NCBI GenBank assembly: GCA_026023565.1
Contig: JAPETS010000008.1
Coordinates: 248,001-312,000, forward strand
Source: Cirrosporium novae-zelandiae
Taxonomy: Eukaryota
Direction of reading: 5' to 3'
Length of the DNA: 64,000 bases
The position numbers and the translations under genes were made by a program. Under the pieces are notes generated by a model that made no database searches, was not told the origin of the DNA, and was given only the letters and a program-made list of their open reading frames with translations. Shown piece after piece: positions 1-11,646 of the stretch; the stretch's first letter is position 1, and every line of letters starts with the position of its first letter.

Positions 1-231
1 TCAAAGTGTAATATTGATAGCATGATACGTATGTCTTTTAACCTGCACAAGAGTTGTTACCAACTACCAAAAGAAATAGCCAAATGCATTTCGAGATATA
101 TCACTACACTGAATAATATTTCTAGATTCGATGCTCATTTCTCGAAGGACTTTTTAACCTAATTGAACTAGATTAAATGCCTAACACTTATACCTATCTG
201 TACACAGACTACCTCACCAATCTTCACGTCC

Positions 232-1176
232 CAGTTTGTCAAAATGAACTTTAAACCAATTAACTGCCTGTTCTTCTGCCTCCAATCCCTGTCGCTTCTC
301 TTTATCATCTCCTGGTGTCCCTCGAATAGCAAAGCCATGCTTTGTGCCCGGCTAAATTACAACCTGGTTTTCAACATCCTTCTTTTTCCCCTCCAGGACC
401 ACCTTGATTTTATTCACACCTTCTAGATTCAACGCAATATCAGAATCCCTAATAGCCATCGCAAAGGGCTTCGCGATCTTGTTGATTTCATTGGGAATGT
501 CTAGGTCGCCTCGATGTGCAACAAACACCGCATCCACAGTCAGCTTTCCGTTTGCTAGTATCTCGCCGCGTGCGAGATGAACACTAGGCTTACCGCCCCA
601 GCAATACCCTGCCACCCCGAGCGGTAGGTTCGCGGCCTCGTTGTTTCGCAAGGCCGTAAAGAAGGATCGAACTCGTGGCATTGTCATCGAGAATTAGACG
701 AATGCGAAGAAGGGGATAAAGCTTGCTGCTACATGCAAAGCGTAGTGTGTTTATTTCATGGTCATCAACAATAGCATCTCAACTTCAAGCCAGTTACTCG
801 GTCAGTTAGGGAATCGAGAAAACTTACGGTTTCAACATCCAGGCCCAAACCCCCTTCTCATACATGAGTTTGGGAAATAATTCAATAGAGAAAGAGAACA
901 CGCATAGCCTATATATATCCTACCTCAGAAACACACCAAATAAAAACCCAACAACCTCCTCAAAAAACAAAACGTCACCCTCTCTCTCCCTCTCCCACTC
1001 TTTCTCCCACCCAACACACACACGCTTCCTTCAGAGAACTAACTCGCCATCCATAAACTCAGGCACATAAACCCTCCACCCCCCTTTCCTCGCCATTTCA
1101 TCCGCCAAAACCCGACAGTTGGGAAACGTCTATCCACGCGCATCTGGGGATAATCACTATGATTCCTTTTGGAGAC

Positions 1177-1207
<31 letters not shown>

Positions 1208-1313
1208 GAGATATTGATTCGGCCATATATGTGGGAAGACCGTGCAGTTTTATTTCTTGCCCGGATGGCTTACCCATGTGGATGGTGCCAATGAAGCAGG
1301 ATGGACAGAACGT
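232..1313 (-). pseudogene. Dienelactone hydrolase family (alpha/beta hydrolase) pseudogene
   Basis: Minus strand reads FCPSCFIGTIHMGKPSGQEIKLHGLPTY...GIIVIIPDARG*TFPNCRVLADEMA (frameshift) WRVYVPEFMDG, then GVAGYCWGG (nucleophile elbow) and VVI*PGTKHGFA. The start codon position reads ACG. There are at least three in-frame stops and a frameshift. Boundaries approximate. Confidence 0.8.
1177..1208. repeat. (TGT)n microsatellite, about 10 units, read as poly-Gln in the hydrolase pseudogene
   Basis: tgttgttgtt... run is directly visible. Confidence 0.9.
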
Positions 1314-2559
1314 TTTTTTTTTCTCTTTTTTTTCTTTCGGTTAGACGGTTATGGGGGTAATGGTGGGTACGTGGGCAGCGGGGCGTTGGGTAGTCGATGG
1401 GTCAAGGGAAGATAGAGATTTATAAACAAGAGATCGACCAAAAATATATATATATAAATTGCCAGTCAATACAGCAATATAAGAATATCCAAATAGAAAA
1501 AAACTTATATCCCTGAGGGCCAAAGCCATACCAAAGGAAGAAAGGATAAGAAAAAAATAAAATTAAAGAGGCTCTCACTTGGCTTCAAATACAACCTCCA
1601 CATTAGACTTTCCCTCATACATTCATACATTCATACATACATTAGTTCATATTTTAATTCTCTTACTAATTAATCAAAAAAAAGTTTGTTCTCTTTCTTT
1701 CTTTCTTTTCCCCTTTTGCCTTTTTGGTTGTGATGATATTCGGTCGAATTCGGTCGAAAATAAACGTGCTGTAATTATAGCATCATGTAGGAGGAATATC
1801 ATACATCATCTATATCTTTTCTACCTTCCATGCTATGCTATACCATATATGTATAACACTAAATTTTTTAGTGCTTGTGTTGTGTAGTGTAGTGTAGAAA
1901 GATCGGGTTAAGTAGGACTATCTATATCTAAGATATGTGATTAATCAGGAAATTTGGATTTATTCGGCTTCTTCAGCTAGAGTAAACTTCATCTGAATTA
2001 TGAGGATGAGGGTGATCCATCCCTCTTTTTGGGATTTGGGTAGACTGTAGTAGTAATTAGAGAGGAGAAGAAGTAGAAAAGTTCGTGATGTGATGTGTTA
2101 GGCAATAGGCTTTTTGGGACTAGATTTGTTTTTTTGTGGCATAAGAGCATAAGGGGGTGGGTTTTATTATTTTATTGTACAGGTACTATGTGTACTCTAC
2201 TGTATAGGGTAATTAAATATTTTTTGCTTGGATTTAACTAGGTAACTAGGGAAATTTATTGTGGACGTATTTTATCTTATCTTATCTATAAGTGTTTATC
2301 TAGGAGTCAAGTGGGGGGGAGGAGTTATCTATGCTTTCCAATGCTATATATTATTATACGAGTCTTGGAGATTTTATTGCACGTCGTATGTGAAATAGAA
2401 GCCGTTCATGGTTATATTGTGAATATGGGGTGCCTGTGCTTGGTGTTCATAAATTGTTTGATTAAGTTGTTATGGGTTTCAAATACTTATTGTGATTTTT
2501 TGGTCGTTTCAGGGGCGAGGGGGAGCCCGTGCTGTTCACATATACAATAAAGTCGATGG

Positions 2560-3900
2560 GAGGTGGCTTTACCTTCACATTCCGGCCTTTGTCCATATAC
2601 GACGTGACTAGAGGAATATTAAGGTTCGATTAATTATCTCCAGCCGAGCACGTGTGTGTAGATGTCTGGAGCGAAGGCTTCCGTTCTATCGAAGACTTGG
2701 GCGAGGTTGTAGGCACCGATTTGTTTTTAGTTGCAGTTTGTGGTCTCCCGTTAGATGTCTATGTGTATTTGTCTGATTGTTCGTTTGTGTGTGTGTGTTT
2801 GTCTGTGTTGTGTAAAAATCAAGAAAGGGCATGATGACGACGGACCAATTCTTTCATTCTTCGGCTATGCCCCTAGTGGCGTCCCGACCTCCTCGTGATG
2901 AATGTTCTTGAATCTAGCCTCCCCAGCCCGTTTTCTGAGATGTGAACCGGAACAGGAGGATCGGCCAACCTTGTCGCAGCCGGATATGAGCAGCCGCATG
3001 CATCATCTTGACGAATTTGTTGTCGGGGGAGGCTGAGTTGTCTTCGGAGTGGTAGTCCACGTCCCAGTCTTAAAATTCGACCTAGCCTCTGGATTCGGTG
3101 TTACTGTGATGAGAAGGAAGTGTAAGCTTGCGTGATATTGTTAGAAGTGTTAGGATGTAAGGAGGATACTCAACTCATAGCATTGACGCATATACTTTGG
3201 CCAGTCTTGAATAGATCTGCACGTGTACCGAGAATGGATGAAATCAAAGGGAAGTCTTTCGGGTCATTCACTCTTGACGTCGTCTACTTAAATGTGACAT
3301 TTGGTGGCACCCCGCAAATTTTTTCCCCTCTCGTTTTAGCTGGTCCTAATTTAGTTGGGGCGGGAAGGAGTTAAGAAGAAGAAGAAAAGGAAAATTAAGG
3401 AGCACATGTACCATCGTGGTTGGATAAGGGTAATGTCGTTAGCAATCTACAAAGAACTAAGCTCTCAGGTGAGATTTTGGAAGAATGTATAGAATCTCAC
3501 CACTTCGCCCGATTGACTATTTATTAGCTGGGAGCTATGTCAGCATTCTCGTGTTTGGATCAGGGATATGATTATGATTCACTAACCCACCTCTACAACT
3601 CAAATCCTCGTTCCAGTGCCGATGTCCAATATTCGTAAAGGATTTGAAGAAACTGGTGCCAAATGAAGCTTCCCGTCGAGACACAAGGCAATGAGATGGT
3701 GGGTAAGATCAAGACAATCCTGTTGCTTTTCATGATTGGGGAATTGGTAGGCTTGCAATTGTTAAAAAAAGAAAAACATGCAATGAACAGACTATTCATA
3801 AACATACACATTCTTCTCTATAACTATGATGTCGACGGCTATTTTCTCATTTGAAAATTTCCACCCTCGAGCTTATCGATGTTGTGTAACTCTAGATGTT
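2560..3900 (-). pseudogene. SAM-dependent methyltransferase (LaeA/TAM-like family) pseudogene
   Basis: Minus-strand fragments occur in the expected order: TTSISSRVEIFK*ENSRRHHSYRE; AYQFPNHEKQQDCLDLTHHLIALCLDGKLHLAPVSSNPLRILDIGTGTRI*; PNVTF..DDVKSE*; PFDFIHSRY..IQDWPKYMRQCYE; G*VEF*DWDVDYHSED; PLGA*PKNE; HVVYGQRPE. Many stops and frameshifts. The ORF track does not show it. Confidence 0.85.
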
Positions 3901-5250
3901 GAATTTTTGTTAGTAGAAGATGATAGTTCCCTACTGTTTAATGTTTCACATCTATTGTGTAGTTCTTCGCCATAACCAGGATTGTGTTGATAATGCTACA
4001 AATGGACTGGGTATAAAGTGTGATGAAGAGCTATCTGCTAGTAGGGATGTTATGTAAGGATTATGATAGGTCAGATCACCACTTTCAGGCAGACTTAGGC
4101 GTCAACTTCTCTGCTGAATCATATATTGAGCCTCAAATGCGGTAGCCTCGTAATTAATGGGGTGATGATGTATCGGCCGGGAAGATTCCCCAAAAAACCG
4201 TTATGCTGCTAATTATGCCACTTCGCTGCATTGACTGAGCGGTTCCGAGGTTGAAATGTGGTTAGAATTCTAACCTTCAATAAGAGAACCCGAATAACCA
4301 CCAATACCCAGAAGTATCCAGATACACACCATCCCTTTTGTTGACTTACCTTGGTGATTTTTTAATAGCGGACGCTTCGATCGATAGATCTATGTTGCTC
4401 AAATGTACCTGGTGCATTGAGCAGACGGCGGTTTAACCTGAATGGAAAGAAAAATTCTCTTTGTCTACTCACAATTTTTAGCTGCAGCTTTCTCACACAA
4501 ACTACATGCGTCTAGCATATTAATATATGCCGGAAATGACAGGGTAACATAACTATTTGGTCGAAATCCACTTCTTTCTCGAACATGCCCCGAAGCTACT
4601 GGATAAAAAAAGCCTACAGTTATCGTACTTAGAGAATTAAACCCTGGTGGTCCAGTCCTATAACCCAATAACCACCAGCTTGATCCCATCAATTTTCCAG
4701 AGAATAGAGACTCGAAAGCTATGAATGTACATCTACTCAGCTGCCTAGATGGCAGTTCCATTCTCCAGCCCTTAGGGCCCTACCACTCAGGAGCAATAAT
4801 GGAGTGCATGCCCATTGCGCCATTTTTGAAGTCCCCTGAACGATAGAACTCAGTCATGTCCATTCACTTCCTTTCCTTGTTGAAGGAATGAGACATCTGT
4901 GGCGAGTATTCCCTTGTGACTTAGTGAATGAGGAAACAAAGACAAGAGTAGCTTCTTAGTCTTTGGGGTTTAAACGTATCTGCATAAACCTCTCCTCCAA
5001 GAACCAATTTACACCTGTCTATTCTGGATCAGATGACCTGGGATATTGGACGTAATTTTTCACCACTGTGATAGCTAAGCGCGATGGATGCAGCACAGCA
5101 AATTCCATACCTAGGGGGTTTCAACGCTCAGATTTGAACTTCGCGGCTATTTCTATCATGCTGTAAACTGCTTTCTCTTAAATCTTACACTTATATAGCC
5201 CCAACGTTGACTTGAAACTTCTTGCGACAAGAACAAGATTAAGCAACGAG

Positions 5251-6427
5251 ATGCCTACCGACAAACTGAAACTTGACCGAAATATCCTCGCAAGTTATGG
5301 CATCATATATGTGGAGAGTATCATCTTTAACCACGCAATAGAGGATGTCCAAGGTAGTAGAAATACCTTGAGACTACCGAGACATGTTGATTTATTCAAA
5401 GAGGCTCTCTTGGGCTTTGGCCGTTCAATACCCATATTTTTTAGAAAGTACTTTGAGAGTCACAGCAATAACAGAGCTACTGCCCCCAGGGTCTGCATAT
5501 TTTGAAGACTGTGGAATTCTTTCGGACTCTAAGTCTGCAACAACTGTTGCTAGAAACTATATTGAAGAGAATGAAAAGATTGCAAAGATAGCGCAGAATT
5601 ACACATACGCAAATGCGACAGAAGATACCTGGGCACATTTTATGCAGACGAATATTTTCAACACGTTCGAAGAAGCATACCCATCAATGAAAGAAGACGA
5701 GTAAGTGATTCAAGCCAGAACTTGATAATTTAATATTATGGCGCTAACGGCCCAATGAAGGAGTTTGTTCGACTGATGGTCCTTGTGTGCTACCCAAAAA
5801 TTATTTTCTAAGATATCAAAGCTAAAAATAATTTCAGGGAGAGCAATATTCACTGGAACGAGGCTAAAAAGTACGCCAACTTCACTCCTAATATAAGACA
5901 GCCAACAGGCCCAAAGCCAGACTTCACATGGATTTTCAACCAACAAGGACCTTTCCCAACTTCTCGGAGGCTTTCGACATGAGGAGTCAGCGGAAAATTT
6001 TTCACTTGAGGTCCTTGCAACGCTCCGCTCCAAAGGCCTCGTTTCTTCTCCCCTATCCGCCACAGGTGATATTGAAACCTGTATTCTTCCAGTAGTGGCC
6101 TTCACGTGTATTGGCCTAGAGGTCCGAGTATGGCTGGCTTATACCTGTACAAAAAGGGTCCAATCTAATTGTCATGTATAGCAGTCCTCTCCACTTTAGG
6201 CTGAAAATATTTTGCTAGAGCTATTGTAGAAAATGGTGTGTATCTGGAAAGGCACCCTTGAAACTACCTGGGGAGTAATGGCAACCCACTGCATTGTTAA
6301 AAATATGCAGCTGTGGGCATCACGAGTTTTAAGACTAAAGATTTCCTTTTACGTCAGCCAAATCCGCTGGAAACTGCAGAAAAATCTCCCTATCAACGAC
6401 TCCCCTTTACCGAGCACTGGTCGTTAG
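5251..6427 (+). pseudogene. Disrupted fungal hypothetical protein gene
   Basis: ORFs 5212-5505 and 5384-5704 overlap as if joined by a frameshift. There is a GTAAGT donor at 5701, then further coding-like fragments (PKPDFT, FSLEVLATLRSKGLVSSP, PVVAFTCIGLEVRVWLAY, MVCIWKGTLETTWGV) broken by stops and frameshifts. No function recognised. Confidence 0.45.
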
Positions 6428-6999
6428 AGCTCCTCAACCCAAAAGGACTCCGTCCGAAATATGCAGCATATAAATGTCACTAATGAGGATATCTCAATTA
6501 CCCCAGTTTCAGAAATTCCTATCCGAGGAGCTCCTGCTTTTGTTTCTTCCCCTAAAGATCTAAAGGCAGTTAATTTTAATCCTGAGATGCTTAAAAGAAA
6601 GATATTGACGCCGAAGACGCAGATGGGGGCCTTGACATCTCCCGGAAAATCATTTTCTCGTCGTTCAAACATTAACGCTTTCCAAATTCCTATTCATGAT
6701 TCTCTCGTTTCCTGTCCTTCTTTTCAGGCAACACTAGCTACGGGTAGTCCCTCGCAAAATTTACCAGGTGCAAGCGCGCGAAATATACCGCCAACAGAAA
6801 CCCTAGGGCCAGGAAAATCCTTTCTGAGGAGCTGTCTTCCAATACTTTCAATTTCGATTTTAATCTCAAGAATAGCAAGGCGCCAACATGTCATATCAGC
6901 CAGAAAAATGGCATAGAATTCATAAAATACCTCTCTTCATTAAAGTTTGACAATAGCCAGAAGCTAAAACATGAAGAAGTTCAAAGTACGAAGATTCCA

Positions 7000-8067
7000 G
7001 TGGCTTGCGCCTGGTCTCCCATACAGGACACGATGAATCTAGGAGGGCCCGCATGTAAAAGGGCTAGACTACTTCGGCCTCTGACCCCACTCCAACCCAA
7101 GCCTGAAATTGATGCCTGGTTGCTAACTATAACTAAAGCCTCGAGAAACGATGACAAAAGGAAGAAGCTCACTCAGTCTACAAAGGAACCACAGCTCGAC
7201 GAAATGAGGCGTTCGGCTGAAGATAATCACAGTGAAAATGTATTTTACTCGAGCTGTTGGGATGATAAAGGTGTTGAAGTTAGCTCTGATGAAGCTGATC
7301 TTCACGGCGCAGATATAGATGAAGATGAAGATAAAGCAAGTGAAGACGCGTCAGTCTCCCTTCATTACTATATATATGACATGAAGGATCCCTACACCAG
7401 ATGGCTCGATCCATCTATATGGTCAGACTGCGAAAACGATAGTTTCGATGACGGTTCCTCCATCACTTCAAAATCTGAAAGCGAAAGTTCCGACAACCTA
7501 CTTTCAGATTCCGATGACGATGCGAGTGAAGATAGCTCAAAATACGAGTACGAGAACAGTCTTTCAGAAGTATCTATGCACGCCCTCGAGTCAAGAGCAA
7601 CCGAATTTCTGTGGGGACCCGAGATTATCCAACTAAACGTCACGCTGAGTATGATCAAAACGTTGACCAGCACTTCCCTCGTTGATACTACCTGGAAAGC
7701 ACTAGAGCTGTGAAAAGACCATGAAAAAAGATGCAAGAACTCCTTGAGAGTTGTTTTTCTAATGTATATTCTCTAGGAAATAAATAATGTCTTAGGACTC
7801 AGTGGCCGTAACGCGATAACGTACGACCAGTTCGGGTTATTGCAAGAAAGGTGGGAGTTGGTGGATAAAGCACTGCATATTTTGCAGGACACGGATTTAG
7901 ATAGACTGAGGGGGTTGTTGAAAAAAGCTATTGCGTGCTGGGACGGAAAGGCATTCATGAATATTCTAGGGCCGCTGTCGCCAGAAATACATTGGTATGA
8001 GGGGTGGTCGGGTATAGGAGGAGAGGCTTTGAATATCTTGCTCTCGGGACATATTGGTCCCCTGTAG
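7000..8067 (+). CDS. Acidic low-complexity hypothetical protein, possibly the 3' part of the disrupted gene upstream
   Basis: 237-aa D/E/S-rich ORF at 7000-7713 plus a downstream ORF at 7840-8067 after a possible acceptor near 7777. No domain recognised. Confidence 0.3.
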
Positions 8068-9232
8068 TATTAATAAGTAGTTGGGGAAACACACACTTAA
8101 ATAACAACTCGTCACATGTTAATAAGTCTTACATGGTCCCATCATGGTCCCATTAAAGATTTTTGCTTTTTTTCGAATTATATTCTGTTTGGCGCCCTAG
8201 ATACTGGTCCCTTTTTACCGAGCAGTAATACTACCGCTATTACTACAGTCAGCATGCAGACTTCGTATCTCGTCATTAGCTATTGACGTTGCATAAGACT
8301 GAGAATTACAATAACGGAAAGGATTTTCTAACAAACCTCGAAGGGTGAGCGCAACCCATGATAACTCAGAAACTCCTGAGTCAGAAAGTTAAAAAGTTAT
8401 TCAACTTATTGCGGGGAAATTTCCGCAAATGATTGGAAGCAATTGAGATCCATAAGCCGCCAAGACATAAAGCCTTCAAGGAGATCTGTTTCCTAAAATA
8501 CTGTTTGTGTAACCTTGGTTGAAGAAAATGTGGAGTACGTGGACACAGGCCCGTCATCTTAGGAACCTAGAACAGCTTCACGGGCTACAGAGAACGATAA
8601 TAAGTAATAGTAGCTGCCAATTAGATCACAATGATGGGTTCGTGTTTCAAAGTTGTGGCGATGATTTTTAAGAAATATATTAGCTGTGCTGGATAGGATG
8701 GTCGTTTGCTTGCTTTTGGTTTACCCCGGATAGCGTTTTAGGGCTAGGGCTTACCCGTACCGATGGGATGACTAGTGGCGTCCGTGCAGTCTTACTGCGT
8801 ACTCCTGCATTCCTTTACGAAATTGACATACAACGCCCTTCTGTATTCCCCTCATGCGCCAAGTTTATTTGTAGGTTTGTAGCTAGCAGGGTCATGGCAG
8901 CAGACTGGAAGAAATTTCGGTGTATTCCAGGTGCCTGCTGCACCACTGTTCCTTGCCTTTATATCATGTCTGTTAAATCCTTCAAGAAGTCGATGACGTA
9001 ATGTATTCTACCCCAACTCATCCTCTTGGGGAAGTAATGATACTGGTCGATGAAGAACGGAGGAGCAGGCATTATTGACAGGAGATTGCGTGACTGGATT
9101 GGATAGTTCTGAGTTGCCCCGATGGAGGTCTCAGTTCGATACACACACCTGATAGTCAACTTTATAGAGGCTTGGTGGCCGCTTTTTTGATAACACGATA
9201 GATAACAACTCGATGCAGATTTCTGGCTTGAC

Positions 9233-10885
9233 ATGACTTCCTCTGATAAAGATCCATCCGGCGCGGCCAATGATGACGACTGGTCAACCATTTCTGATCG
9301 CATGTCACGAAAGAGAGTTCAAAATCGACTGGCTCAGCGAAATTATCGTATGCTTCAGGGTCCTTATAGTCAACGCTATTCTTGTACAATGTACTGATAT
9401 AATTTAATTTAGGGAAGAACCTCAAAAAGCGTATCGAGGAGCTAGAACGCCAAGCTGCAGCAAGATCCGGCCCTGATGCTAGCAATGCTAGCCTTGCAAT
9501 GCCCGTCTTAGACCCTACAGCATCGAGCATTGCCTTCCCATCTATACCCAATTTCTTTCTTCATCCCTCTCAGGTCAACTATGATATGACGTATGGACCG
9601 GCCGCATTTCAGTTATCAAAGTTTGTACCACAGTCCTACCATCAAGTCTCCCATTCCCAGGGTCCAGAGATGGTAGCTCAATCTCAGGTTCCCAAAAACC
9701 TAGCTTACGATATAAAAAGTGGAAATGCTCCAAATTTATCCATTAGTCCCTTCACAGACAGCGCCTTTTCGACATTGGGGACGGATTCAAGCAATGGATC
9801 GGGTATCAATCAAGCCTCATTAACTGGTGATATATTGTCGAGTAGGCCTATTTTTAAGGTATTTTGATCTCGGCTATAGAGCACTAATATGCTGCAGATG
9901 ACAGTGAAAAGAATGAAGTGTCTGCTGGTTCTGCAGCTGTCTCCGTGGTAGCGTCGACTGCTACACCAGATGCGGAGAGGAGCACTCTAGTCGCAACGGC
10001 TAGCGATATTGACTGGCACACAAGCTCTATCTCGGACAACAATGATTTTCCTGGCACACCACAGATTAACCCCTTGCCTCTCGAAACGTTCGTTCCTACT
10101 CCTCCATGGAGTGCCACGAGCGATCAGTATGCAGGATCTGAAGAGAAAAGCAGGACACGAAAAGACCAATGCTGTTCGCCAGCTTCTCAATCCCAAATTG
10201 TGCTCGAACACCACGTTTCTTCTGAGGAAACCGTACTCGAATCCCGCGGTGGCTCGAATCGGGTTCTCCCAGGTAGTGTGGGTCTGACGGAACAGCTCGA
10301 ACATGTGCTAGAAAACATCCATCTCTCAGGCTTCGATGGCCTCGAGAGCGTTGTATCCAAATACTACACCTCCGACTTTAGCTCATCCCCAAGGCTGGCC
10401 AGTACTCGACGACATAGCCGTAACCGAAGACTGCCCGGTGTCCTCTCCGACTTGCGTGAGAGCATGCCCACTTGGACTGAATGGGAGTCCCAGGGGTACA
10501 AAGACGAGATCCTCAGATCGGCGGAGAGCATCTTGGTTGCCGAGCGCAGGAACCTTAGCTCAACCCCGCAGTTTCAGGACTTCCTCATCAAGTCTAGGAA
10601 AGATCATGACCCGCGCTCATCCCCGTCCCTTGCAGAGATGAGCAGTATATTAGAGAATGAGGTAAGGTTCAATAACAATTTCGCAAGCTTCTCCGAGGTA
10701 AGCTAATGATTTGCAACTAGTCGCCAAACCTATGGGCGCTGATCACATCCTTAACCACAGATGGATTTGCAATCAGGCAAGCAGATTTACACTTGACACT
10801 CGCCGCAATGTCGATATTATACTTTTCTGGGAAAACATCCAAGGAAGAGCTCCGTGTGTGGGTAGACCGCTGTCTACGCGACTAA
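9233..10885 (+). CDS. bZIP transcription factor (4 exons)
   Basis: ATG at 9233 gives MTSSDKDPSGAANDDDWSTISDRMSRKRVQNRLAQRNY, then intron 9348-9412, then RKNLKKRIEELERQAA. This is a fungal bZIP basic region plus zipper. Further introns lie at about 9859-9897 and 10662-10720. The last exon reads SPNLWALITSL...CLRD*. Confidence 0.85.
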
Positions 10886-11646
10886 TGAGCGTGCTTACCA
10901 GCATCGCTATATAGATTCCCAAACTCCTTCTTAACCCAAGTCTATACATTCACAGTGCACCATCCCATGCCTTTCAGGGCTCTACACTTGCTAGCTGAAC
11001 TAGAAGTCGAAATGCCGTAACGTCCGTATATATAGGATTGTATCAATGTGGAGGTCTAGATCCTAGTTGCAGGCGTGCTGTTACCGCCTGCCTCAAAAAA
11101 GTATATAGTGATCGGTTAGCATCCCAATAACATTACTGCGCCAAACGCAATTTAGACTTGGAAAAGATATATAGACAAGGCACGAACGATTTACACAATT
11201 GAACCCTTCACTGAGGAATTTTTGTTACCAATGTGACTTTCCCTTGCAACGGTTTACTTATTCTAGATAAGTTTTCCTGACATCTTCCTCTTTCAGCACA
11301 AACTTATGGCTACGAATTACCAAATAAGTTTCCTTTGGCAGAATTCTCTAACCCCGTTTTAAATGTATGCAACTAATAATAACCTTCTCTAGGACATATA
11401 TACCTTCTGCCGCCACACTTTTTGGGGACTGCCAAGGCAACAGGGCCTCACATAGCCTCCTTGTCCAATACACAACGATTGAGCCCATTATGCACACGAT
11501 ATATCATTTCAAACAAAGATCTTATTCCTTACTTTATCATCACTGTAGCTCATCATCATTGCTACTACTAACAGCCAGCCCCCACAAGCCAAATTAAACA
11601 TACCTTTTTGTCCATGCATCGACCGCGGGAATTTTCAACGTGGATT

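Noticed and set aside
4465..4761. 98-aa minus-strand ORF
   Set aside because: No recognisable motif or splice support
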